Assembly: GCA_964016885.1 (NCBI GenBank)
Contig: OZ024741.1
Span: forward strand, 222,146,001-222,210,000
Direction of reading: 5' to 3'
Length of the DNA stretch: 64,000 bases
Origin: Eledone cirrhosa
Taxonomy: Eukaryota
Positions 49,801 to 63,100 of the stretch are shown piece by piece (position 1 is the first letter of the stretch; every line of letters begins with the position of its first letter). A model generated the notes under the pieces. The model was not told where the DNA came from. It worked only from the letters and a program-made list of their open reading frames with translations, and did not search any database. The position numbers were made by a program, and so were the translations under genes.

Positions 49801-52800
49801 CACACGAGGGATTAGATGCAGTGTGTAGGGGAGGAGATTGTGTTGGTATAGACATGTGATGTGTATGAAGGATGACAACTGTATAAAAAGATGCAGAACA
49901 CTCAAAGTTGATGGAAGCTATGTAGTGGGAAGACCCAGGAAGATTTGTGATGAGATGATAAAAGCTGATCTTGCCCAATTGCACCTCTCAAAGACATTGA
50001 CACAGGACTGAGATCTCTGGTGTTATGCAGTAATACATGTGCATGGGTTGAAGCATACATCTAGTATTCACCACTTTTTTCAACCTCCCCCTTCCATACA
50101 CCCCCCACGTCCTAACACTCCACCCCTCATCCATGTACCTAGATTTACCTCCCCAATCCCCATGTACCCCCCACCTAAGTTCCCAGCCCACACTGTAAAG
50201 TGGTTGTGTTGGTGACACGACAAAAAGTGCCCAGTTTACTCTGTAAAGTGGTTGTGTAGGTGTCACAACAAATAGCCCCCAGTATACATTATAAATGTGG
50301 TAGGTGTTAGGAAGGGCATCCAGCTGTAGAAACCAAGCCAGAAACAGTTCTGTATGAATAAAACATGGTCATATGACCTTGGCTTATTTCATAATGGAAC
50401 ACCATCTAACCCATGCTAGCATGGAAAAATGGACGTTAAGTGGTGAGGATTATGATGATGATGATACACCAATAAATCAATGTTAAACCAGAGATGTAAT
50501 CAACATGATGAATATTTTTGTTTTACTTTTAGGAAAAACTCTACCACCGGCACTCTCGGTCCTTACAAAAAGTAATAAATGATTACCGTGATGGATTTGT
50601 ATCCTCTCTACTATAACGCTTTTGTGTCTGTATTTCTAATGATCAAAGCTTACCTATCTGTATTTAGTTATGACCCTTTATGTTTTAAGTTCAAAACCTG
50701 CTGAAGTTAACTTTGCCTAAAATAAAATACCAGTCAAATATTGGAGTTGATTTAATCACCTAATCACTCCTCTCAAATTTATGGCCTTGTACCTATATGA
50801 GGAAATATTATAATTACTAGGCAAAGTTATTAAAATATGAAAAAAATGCCTTGCAGTATTTGTTCTAGGTTCTTCATGTTCTTAGTTCAAATAGCACTGA
50901 GATCAATTTTGTCTTTCATCCTTCCAGGGTTGATAAAATAATGTATCAGTCCAGTGCTGGGGTTGATTTAAATTGACTTTCCTTTCTCTCAAATCGCTAG
51001 CCTTTTGCTTAAATCAAGTATCGATGTTATTATTCTAAATATGGGGCATTGGATTGGCACAATCAGCAGAGCTTTGGCTAACATGTTTTGTGGCATATAA
51101 TTACGGCCTTTTATTTTCTGAGTTCAAATCACGCTGAGGTCAGCTTTGCATTTTATCCTTATGAGGTTGATAAAATAAAGTGCCAGTAATGTACTAGGGT
51201 GAATTCAATCAATTTTGACTTTCCCAAAATTGTTGGTCTTGTGCCTAAATAAGAAATCATTATTATTTTAAAGGTAAGGGAGATTAATTGGCAGAATTAT
51301 TAGAGCATTGGACAAAATATTTTACAGTATTTAGTTATGAGTTTCTACATTCTGAATTCAAATCCTGCCATAGTCAACTTTTCTTTTCATCTTTTCGGGA
51401 TTGATAAAATAAAATAGCAATAAAGTACTAAAGTTGCTATAATTGACTTTCCCCATCCCCTCAAAATTGTTGGCCTTGTACTTAAATTATATTTTTAAAG
51501 ATCATATATTTCTTATGACTTAGTCAGAAGATGAGGAGCAGCATTCATTACCTTTCTGCTGACTACTAAGGATGGGAGGAAGAATCTCTGACTAATATCT
51601 TACTGCAGTAGAAAGCAACACATTTAGATATTGAGTGTTTCTCAGATTGAAAACACTGCTCTGAATTCTTGCCAAAAGTACCAAAGAGTCATATGGTGGT
51701 GTTAAACTGGGTGAGGGATTAACTCCTCTATGTTGGAGTCACAATAAAATGTTCTCAGTACACACTGTAAAGTGGTTGACATTAGGAAGGGCATCCAGCT
51801 GTAGAAACCAAGCCCAAAACAGCATTCACAAGCAGGAGATAGACACCTGAGCTTTCTAGCCTTAGTATATGACTGTCCATCTGATTCATGCAAGCATGGA
51901 TAATATATGTTAAACAGTGATGCCCCCCCCTTGCAAGCAGGGAAAAGCGGACGTAAAATGATGATGATGATGGTGATGATGAAATGATTTAGCAGAAAAT
52001 ATTTTAAAACAAGTTTGTTGATTCAAATGTTTATAGTATCTGTTACCAGTGGACATATCATTGTAGAAATTTGTAGTATTAGAGTAAAGACTTTAATTTG
52101 TAATATGATACCATAATAGAGCTGTTTTGTATTTTTCAAGAATGTCTTAATGTGGTTTCATGTGTTACAGGACGTTAATCTACCATCCAAAATATTCTTT
52201 TTTGGGTTAAATGGCTGGTACTTAACTGTTTCTATACTCAGTTCAAATTCATATGAGGCCAAGTTTACCTTTCATCTTTTTGGATATCAATAAGATAAAG
52301 TACCAATTGTGGGTAGTAAATTAATGGAATTTGTAATATTTGTTCTAGAATTTTTCATACTGAAGTCAAATTCTGCAGTGGTGAATTTAATCTGTCAACT
52401 AGTTTAACTCTACTGCCAATGAAACTGTGATAAGCTCCAGCTTGATGAGCTTCCAGGCTTGGGACAGACTAACTTTATTTTAACTTGCCATTATCTGTTG
52501 CAAATATTTGGGCCAAGTCTCGAATCTGAGGACCCCCCCCCCCCCCCAAGTTTAGGCGGCCCTGAAAAAGATCATGGGCACTGCCCTACTTTCTGTGACT
52601 AAAGAGTAAAGAAAAAATTCTGTTGAGTTATGATACTGTTGTATTGTATATAGTGAGGTAGCCATTTTTCAGTGAGCAAAACTGTATATCAATTGGATGT
52701 ATTAGATAGGTATTCATGATTTGGATGAATTTATATATCAATACTAAATCAACCATAAAACATTTTGCTGACCTCTTAATCTAAAGTTTTGAAATTAAAC

Positions 52801-55800
52801 CTTAACCCACTCCAGCCTCTCAAACATTTAGTTCAAGTTGTCAGCATACTGAATACATGTTGTGATAGGTTTGAAGAAAATGATGTTTATAAAAACCCCT
52901 TAAAGCAGTTATTGGGTATCTGCTGTTTACCATTCTTGAAGGAGAAAGTATCAGATGAAATTACCTACCAGGAGTTAGCTGTCAAGTCATTTTCTCAAAT
53001 AGGTAAGATGAGATTTTATTCTTTTACTTTGTTTTTTCCTTTTATAATCTTGTTGTCATTAACTTAAAGTTATATACTCATCACAAGGTCCTTTTTGAGC
53101 CATTGTTTTATGGCCAAATGCTCATCCTAGCACCAACTCTGGTCAAATTTTATTATTACACCCATCTTCAGGGTGGTGAATTGGCAGAATCATTAGAGGT
53201 TTGGACAAAATGCTTCATCTCTTTACATTTTGAGTTCAAGTCTTACTGAAGTCAGTCTTGACTTTCATCTTTCCAAGGTTGATAAAATAAAGTGCCAGTT
53301 AAGTACTGGGGTCGATTTAATTGGTTTTCCTCTTTCCCCCAAATTACTAGCCCGGTGCTTAAAATAGAAATCATTGTTACACTCATCTTTGAGATGGGTG
53401 TAATAATAAAAAGGTGTTAATTGATAGCTTTGGTTAGAAGTTTGAAGGTGAAATTTATTTTTGCACGTGTTTTGAACAAATATGGCCTTCGACACCATCG
53501 TAAACCATAGTTTCCCCACTTGAGAACTCCTTAATGCCCATCTTGGAGATGGCCATAATAAAGATTTATGTCAACTCTTTTAGTCGCTTCATACAACACA
53601 CAGTGATATGGTGTTCTTATTCTAAACTGGATATATACAGCAGGAAATAAGGCCTTAAAACACTTGAAGTGGTCAACACCTTTCATTTGAAATATATTCT
53701 TCATGTTTTAGATGAACAAAAAAATCTGCATTTGCTCTATGAGGCCTAACTAACAATTGGCAGGATTGGTAGCTCTGTGGTATTCACTCTGACACTGTGT
53801 TCTGAGTTCAAATCTGGTCATAGCTTACTTGGGTGAGAATGCAAATAAGTTCAAGTCTTTCCAAGAACCTCTTTATTTCACTTATGTTGTTTTTGGAAAG
53901 GCATCAATATCACAACTTCAATGCCTTCTAAATTTGAGATATCAGGAATTTTTATAAACTAATTGATTTCTTTATACAATAATTCAAACTAATTGCAATC
54001 ATTGCAAATCCATTTTATACATCATGATTTAGTGCAGAGATGAATCCTCTCTACTGTCTTGAAAAAAAGGATACAGTAGATAATGTAGTCCTAGAAACAC
54101 TGGATGATCATGGAATACCAATGATCATAGGTCTACTTAATCAGGGAGACTTGGGACTAAACAACAATATATACACAAAATAGATTAGAAAGTAGAGACA
54201 ATACAACATAGTCAAACTGCACCACACAATTCTTCATGGCATATGGTACTCAACTAGACATATGAGGTAGCATATATCTAGAGCTATGGATCTGAGGATC
54301 ACACATAGTCATTTAGCAAAGGTCTTGGATTTGGCTTTATACAACAACAAAAACAACAAAGTGAAGTAAAATAAAACAAAAACGAAGTAGAAGCAATAAA
54401 CCAGTTTTTTTCTATCTCTGTAGGCTATGTGATGAGAGTTCCCTGTTTAGAAGTTCGCAAACAATTCTGTACAAATTTACTGAATCTTTACAACGATGAC
54501 AACATAACTCCTAATTTAACCAGTAAGTAGTTACTTTCTTTTCCTTAGAACAATGACTACAAATATATAATATATATTGTCAAGGATCTACCAATTTCAA
54601 ACATGATCTTCCAGTACATGAAGGCTATGAAAAGATTGAAGAACAGACACTTTTTGCTGTTTGCTTCTTTTGCTTCCTTTTTCCTTCTCTTTCTTTTCTT
54701 TTTTCTTTCTCTGTTTGTATCTTGCTTTTGATTTCTTAATTATAAGAGTATTAGATATCTCTTCTAACCTGTCAAAGGTTTACTAGCTCTATACGGATGT
54801 TTAACCCTTTAGCATTTAAACCGGCTGTAAATGGCTGCCCATACTGACGTTAAGGTATTGTTCTCAAAATAGATAATATCAAAATCTTGTAGATTTGCTA
54901 TATGAGATAATTATGTGAAATAAAGCCTTTTCTGTGAAAATACAATAGTAAATATAGAGTAATGTGAATGCTAAAAGGTTAAATTGATTAAATAAATAAA
55001 TGTATACAAATTGCTTTTATTTCTTGGAAATGAGAGAATCAAGAGTAGATTTTAAAAATAATATACTGAGATGGATTTAATAAATTACACAGAATTCAGT
55101 GACATTTATGGTCACCTTGTTACCAATAATAAGTTTTTCTTATAAAAATTAATAACTAAGTTTTGTTAATTTAAGGGGCATAATTGACAACATTGTTGAA
55201 CAATCTAAGACAGTTCTTACTTCAACACTTTCTGGGAGATGTCCACAAAGAGTTTTTGTTACTCCTAAAACTATATAAATTTTATAACATTATTATTTTA
55301 ACCCTTTTGATAGATACTAAACCGCTTCAAACCGCCCTTTGTTTTATGATGCTGAAGTATTCATATTTATATTAAAACCTTCTTTCCTAATTTTATGTAA
55401 GATTTTTTGTAAAGTTATGCTCCAAACACCTGCTTGATAATGAAAAAGTTATATATTTCACATAATTCCTCCAAATTTCGAAGAATTAAAAAAATTAAAT
55501 GAAACATAGGGAGTGGATTTCCTTAAAAATATGGTAACAAAAGGGTTAACTAGTGGCTTGCATTCATAACTCATTCAGAAGATATTGGTTACATTATAAA
55601 AGAAAATATATATTCTATGAACTGGTTATGTTATTTGAATAGTTGGTAGGTAAAATAGTTGACATTTAAAATTAATATCATTTGCAGTACATTATTTCAC
55701 ACAGTATCAATCATATAATAGATTTTATATCTAATGTTATTTAACTCTTATCATCCTTTACCATATAAAGCCATATTAACAAGACATTCTTGAAAAGTTC

Positions 55801-58271
55801 AAAACAGCACTATGACATTAAAGTCTTTACTCTAATATTGTAAATGTTCACAATAATTTTCAGTCCAGTAGTGAAGATATTATAAATATTTGAATTAACA
55901 AACCACATTAATAAGACAAACCTGTTTTTAATAATTTTCTGCTAAATCACTACAGGATGTTAAGAATTAAATTACCTTATTTCACACAGAATACCAATCA
56001 TATAATAAATTTTATATCTAATGTTATTTAAACTACCTTAGTGGTTAGGGTAGTGGACTTACAATCTTAATGTCATAGGTTCGATTCCTGGACCAGGTGG
56101 ATCATAGTGTTCTTGAACAAAACATTTCATTTCACATTGCTTACACTCAGCTGAAAATGAGTAGCAGCAGTAACTGGGGTTTAACCTTGCGGTAGACTGG
56201 TGTCCTGTTCAGGGGAAATCTTGTACTCTCAGTTGTTTAACATCAATGAACCGGGATAAGCACTGCACTGGCCTAATGTGTGTGTGTGGAGGCACGTGGC
56301 CTAGTGGTAAGAGTGTTGGACTTACGATGATAATGTTGTGGGTTCGATTCCTGGGCTGCGTGTTGTGTTCTTGAGCAAAGCACTTCATTTCACGTTGCTC
56401 CAGTATACTCAGCTGAAAATGAGTACCAGCAATAGCTGGAGGTTTAACCCTGCAATGGACTGGCGTCCTGTCCAGGGGGAAGTCTTGTACTCTCAGTCGC
56501 TTCACGCTATGAAACCGGGATAAGTACCAGCCAAATGAGCCTCTGGCTTAAGACAGACTTTTAGACTTAGAATGGAGGCACATGGCTTAGTGGTTAGAGC
56601 ATTGGCCTTGCAATCGAAAGGTTGTGAGTTCAATTCTCAGACCGGGTGATGTGTTGTTTCCTTGAGCAAGACACTTTATTTCACATTGCTCCAGTTTACT
56701 CAGCTGTAGAAATGAGATGATAGGACTGGGGTCCATATCATTCCACTGCAAAGTGGTCATGGAGGTGCCACAGCATAAAAGCACCCAGCCCTCACTGTAA
56801 ATGAGGTTGGTGTTAGGAAGGGCATCCAGCTGTAGAAATCAAGCCAGAATCAGTTCCCGTCCCACCCTTGCTAGCAGGGAAAAGCGGACGTAAAATGAAA
56901 TGATGAAATGATGAATGTGTCTGTACCTGGGACAGACCTCAACTTTTATAACTTTTTAACTGTTCCATGCAGATTATGAACTATGTAATGTGATTAATTT
57001 GGTAGAGTCATTAGAGCATTGAATATTTGTTCCTTGTCTCTGCATTCTGAGTTCAAACCCCACCAAAGTCCACTTTGCCTTTCATCCTTTTGGGATCAAT
57101 AAAGTACCAGCCTAGTGCTGGCGCAGCTCTCTTTCTTTTCAGCTGTCATACCCTGGATGTTCCACTGGATGTGAGAATGTGAGGGTTAAGAGAGTGTCTG
57201 TGCTTGCTTGTAACTTCATAGATAAAAGCTTGATACATACTACCAAGTCATACTCGATTGTGAGTGACAGCTGTAGTAGTAGTATGAACCAAGTAATGAA
57301 TTATTTTGGAAGGTAAAATACTCAACATTTTATATCTAATGTTTCTTACATAACCATATTTCTGATGAAATACCAACCATGTAATAAAATCCTATTTATA
57401 CTACCTTATTTCTGACAGAGTATCAATGATATAACATATTTTATATCTCATGTTATTTAAACTACGTTGTTTCATGCAGAGTACCAAGTGTGTAGTAAAG
57501 CGTTCACTGAAAAAGTGATTGATCTTAGTGATGTAATGTTAACGATTGTTAAAGTAAGTAAAACATTCTCTTATTTTGTTTTCAATGTCTAAACTATATA
57601 GAACAGTTATGAACTTTTTAGATATTATGCTCTACAAAACTTTTCAGGACAAGTTAATTTGTTTTTAAAGTTCTTTTTTTTTTTAGAGTTGCCTCCCTTT
57701 AATCAAGTGACTTTGACGAAAAATCGCCTAGTATCTTTTCATGCGACCACACTGCTCGGATATATATATATATAATATGTGTGTATATACGGTGCTGAGG
57801 CAGGGGAGATCTCTAATCATGGGAGTACTCAATGCATGGGGAAATTGAGTATAGAGATAGGTAAAATCCTGACTGCAGCACCAAGCGGTCCCGGCTTGTG
57901 TATTCAGTAAGTTTTTTCAAGGATGTAGTAATATTTGTAGGGTGTGAAAAATAACAAACACCTTCATTTCCTGACATTTGTACATTATTCTATGTACTAT
58001 ACATGCACCTTTGATGAGTTGTAGTGCACCTGAGCACTGTACACAATAATTTCATTATTATTATACTATGTTTTTTAGATGACCGCTATCATCTGTTTGT
58101 TCTAGCTGGGTTATTGCCCTTTATCAAGATTGTGTATCTTTTTCTGTCACTTGTTTGAACTGTTGAAAATATATAATGATATTTTACGGCTGGCTTTTTC
58201 CCGAAAATTAAGACTCATAAATGCATTTATGTAACCAGGTATGTGAGAGCGAGAAACCAAATTCTAATTTT

Positions 58272-58313
<42 letters not shown>

Positions 58314-59606
58314 TACATGAATCAAAGTTCAGTTTAAATCATTTATTTGCTTACAATTGTTTCCTCCAAACCGAGGTTTGGATTCTTCGGAGCAACTATT
58401 CAGTGATTTTTACATACTTGACCTCCTTTTCAACACCTGAGACATATAAAAACATATGTATATATTGACCCACAGTGGGTTGACATCCATCATAATAATA
58501 TAATAATATGGCAATTTACATACATTCATATTAAAGGACAAAATTGAAGTTAAAATTAAAATAAAAATAAAAATAAAACATTGGCAGTTTATGAAGATAA
58601 AGCAAGAGGAAAGTTTAGAGTAGTCAGTGTACGAAACAGTCTCACGTGTGGCATGCACACGTGTCTTATTTATATTGGATATTAAAAACAAAAATGCAAT
58701 CTATATGAAAGTGAGGCTGGAGAAGGAAGAAGGAAAGGAAAAATAAAATAAAAACACACATGCAAACACACACACACACACAAATAAATGTATACACACA
58801 CACACATATATATATATATACATGGTGGCTGCCAACTCGTTTTCGAGTACGGCCACTACTTTATATCCATGCAGGAGAACCCCTACCGATGCGCCGAACG
58901 AGTGTGACTTTTTTAGTCCAGCCAGCGACTTGAAAACTCTGGTACAAACACTACACTTGTGACAATTATTGACACATAGTGCTGGGCCCATGGTACCATG
59001 TGACGGCAAGTGCAGAGAGATCTCCAGATACAAAGCAATGCCTGTGCCGTGAAGCTTTTATAGTGAGCAAAGGCACTGCACAAAGCCAGTCCCACTCTCT
59101 TAACCAAGATGATATTTACCAAAAAGAAGAACAAGTCAACATCATTGGATACCATCAGGGTTGCAGGTGTTATATCAGAGTTTTCCTTCTCCTAGAATTC
59201 TGCCTTGACAAAGGCTAAGGGGTCATCTCTCCCAGTGATTTTGGATGGCCATTGACTCTTAAGAGCTCCTTTGCCCTTTGACAGGTTTTGTTTTTAGTCC
59301 TGCAGGATGTCCAAAGTCACCCTCCTCACCAAGAAACCTTGGTGGGGTTGCCAGTTTAGTCGCCAACGACCCGACCATGGGACAGGTTGTACTGGGATAC
59401 ATGTTACCAGTAGCACCAAGTGGTGACCTGACATATATACATATATATATATACATACACTCATACATACACACACACATATACACATATATATGTGTAT
59501 ATATATACACACATACACATACATATACACATACATACATACACACATAAATATCAACACATCCATACATATATACAACCACACACACATATATATAGAA
59601 ATATAA

Positions 59607-59641
<35 letters not shown>

Positions 59642-60051
59642 TACACATACACTTACATAGCCATACACACATACATACACACAATCATACCTATATACAC
59701 ACGTACATACATACACATACATAAATGCATACATATGCATGTACAAAATTAGAAAAATATACACACACCTCTACATATTAACACACGCAAATAAATATAA
59801 GAAAAAATATATATAAAAAATAAAATAATAAAAACTATTATGAAGTTGACAGCGATACAGGCAACAAATAAATGAACAAACACGCGTGGTAAGCAATACA
59901 CACAAATGCATGTACACATACATACGTAAAAATAAATACATACACACACTCTCACACATAAATATATATATACAAATACATAAACACATACATACACAAA
60001 TACATACACAAACACACACACACATATACATATATACACACACATATACAT

Positions 60052-60137
<86 letters not shown>

Positions 60138-63100
60138 ATATATACACATATATACATATACACACACATACATACATAGCTATACAATTATACACATACA
60201 AATACGTACATATTACAAACACGCACAACCAAATACAAACACACACACACACATATATGTGTGTGTGTAAAACTCAATCTTAGATAATTCATATGAACCT
60301 TATATAACTCCAAAATATACATATACATATATATAGTAATGTAATAAACAACATAAGGCAATTATTCCATTCACCAGTGGTTTCTTAAAAGCAAAAAATT
60401 TTGCCTTCAATCATCAGAATGAAAAAAACCTGGTCTATCCATATATATATATATATATACACACATATATATATATACACATACACATACATACACATAC
60501 ATTTTGGTATGTGAAGGGTAAGGCAAAAGAAAATATATGGGGTGGAAAAGGAGGGGGGAAAAATGACATAGGAAAAGGTTAAATATAAGGGGAGATAAGG
60601 GAGAAAAAGAATACAAGAGTACAGAACGTGGATTCAGCAGGTAAAAAAAAAAACCGTAGTAGAAGTAAAGAGCAGGAAAGGAATTCAAGGCGGTTGAGTT
60701 ATCATAGGAATGTCAATCCAGTTACAGATCAGATGTGATTTCAGATGAGGACAACATCTGAAGATCTCGGTCTTTGAGTTTAGGCAAGCAGAAGTGGCTC
60801 TCAAGTTTAGCAAAATCCTATATTTTTCTGTGGTACACAAAGAACAATTTTTTGTGCCCCTTTAGTACTCCCTCGAATGGTCTAAGATCGACCAATCGAT
60901 AGAGTACGGGATGTTACTATCCTTGAATTCCCACACCTTACTATATATATATAGGAAAAGCGTCAATACCCCGACGGCTGAGCTCCGGCCGTTTCGACAG
61001 CTATATATATATGTGTGTGTGTAGTGTATATATATATATATATATATAGTGTATATATTATTATTTTTTCTCTTTTTTCTATCTAGTTGTACCAGGCAGA
61101 CGATTATAGTAACGCTAATTACAAACTGTTGCTATTACAAGTGCTGCAAAAGTTTTCATTTAATTCAGGTAAGAATATTTAGAAATTATAGTTAATAACA
61201 TTGATTTACATGCAATCTTAATGCTGTTTTGTAGTACCTTTGAAGAATGTCTTGCGAATATGGTTTCATGTGGTTTGTTAGTTCAAATGTTTACATTATC
61301 ATTAGCAATGGACATATCATTGTGAAAATGTTCAGTTATGAGAATAAAGACTTGAATTTTTTATGTGATGAAGTCATAGTGCTGTTTTGTGCTTTTGAAA
61401 AATGTCTTGTTAACACGGTTTCATGTGGTACAGGACGTTAAGAGTTTAAGCTTTATTAACTCTTTCGCACTTATACTGGCCATATCCGGCCAGAATTCTC
61501 TCACCACTTTCTGTTCAAACCGGCCATAACTGGACACTCATACTTATGTTAAGGAATTGTTCTCAAAATAAATAACATCAACATCTCATAGATTTGATAT
61601 ATGAGATGATTATGTGAGATAAAGCCATAACTATGAAAATACAATAGTATATATAGGATAATGTAAATGCTAAAGGGTTATGGTTAAATTTACTTAATAT
61701 TTGTCATACTACCAATTAAATAACTATGGAGTGAGATGAGCCAATGAAATACTCCATATGTGGTTGCTTGACATATAAGAAATAGCAGCCAAGTTTCAGT
61801 TAAGTTACAGTTTGGGAACCTTATAATAATATGTTTACTGAATACTTTCAGTGTCTTGCTGTAATCAGATGTTGGAAGGAAACCTAGCCTATACTATATG
61901 TTCACAGTTGATGAAAACAGATCCAGATTGTCACTCTTTACTTCGCTCTGTGGAGGTTTTATGGAATATGATGGACAAGGCTAAAGATGTAACTGACTTT
62001 ATCTATCAACTTAGCAATTTGGAATGTATGCAGTGAGTTGAAAACTTAGATATATTTGTTTCTTTAATATTTTGATTTTTTTTTTATTATAATGGGGTGT
62101 CACACCTGTTAGTATATCTATATGAACGAAGGTAAAACAAAAGTATTCACCAGGTGTAATTTCAAACTATCAACAAAAGACTTCATACACACAGTCTAAC
62201 TGACAGTACACTTCAGTTATTATTTATAGACATTTCGCCTAGTCCAATTTTAATTATGCGGGGGTGTTCAGGGTTTTTTTCCCTACATTTTTTTAGGTGC
62301 TGGTATTTTTGTGTAGTTTTGGGTTTGATCCTACTGTGTGGTACCTTGAAAGGTATCACACAGGTTCATAAAAGGTTCGTGAGAAGCAAGCAAAAAAGAG
62401 AACTCTTATTGCCTAAGCTGATCCCAAGTTTTTTTTTTAATTAGACAATGCAATTGGAGTGGACCATGTCTATAAAGCAATTTGGTAAAAACAAGACATG
62501 TTTCAACCACATTAGATCTCCTTAGTGAAATATATTCACTTAGCAAGTTGGTTAGACTAGGATACAGTAAAATATATATAGGAAATGGGAAAAAATATGT
62601 GCTGATTATGTTTGTCAAGAAAGAGTATAGGCAAAATTGATGTGAATATATACAGGGTGTCTCCCCAAAATATATACACACTTTGATTACCTGTACAGGC
62701 AATATTTATTAGAATGCTGTTGAGGTGTGTATACATTTTTTGGGGACACCCTGTAAGTGAATATAATAAATAGAGTCTTACATTAGGAATGTTCAGATTC
62801 TGAGAAGGAAGCAGAGGAGATAACTCCCAAAGAGTGAACTGGTCTAAGTTTCTTTGAACAATTTTAGACATTGTAGTGAGAGTAGGTCTTGTAGATATAT
62901 ATAGCATAAATCATAATTTTTATGTCACCTTTTCCAGGATGGAATGGGATGGACAGGATATTTTGAGGCAATGTTTAACAGCCAGATGCTCTTCCAACCC
63001 TTTTAGTCACTTTGTATGACAGGAATACAGTGTACCTATTCTAAACCAGGAAAATACAAAATTAGTTACATTTTATGACGATGTTTCTGTTGTTATAGAT

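Noticed and set aside
59259-60252. Multiple long ORFs rich in YI/CV/HT
   Set aside because: Microsatellite translation artefacts; the same applies to 22161-22503, 26492-26746 and 16012-16296.
62480-62530. Hammerhead on the minus strand (CTAAGGA...GAAACATGTC)
   Set aside because: The core is mutated and stem I does not pair; too weak to call.
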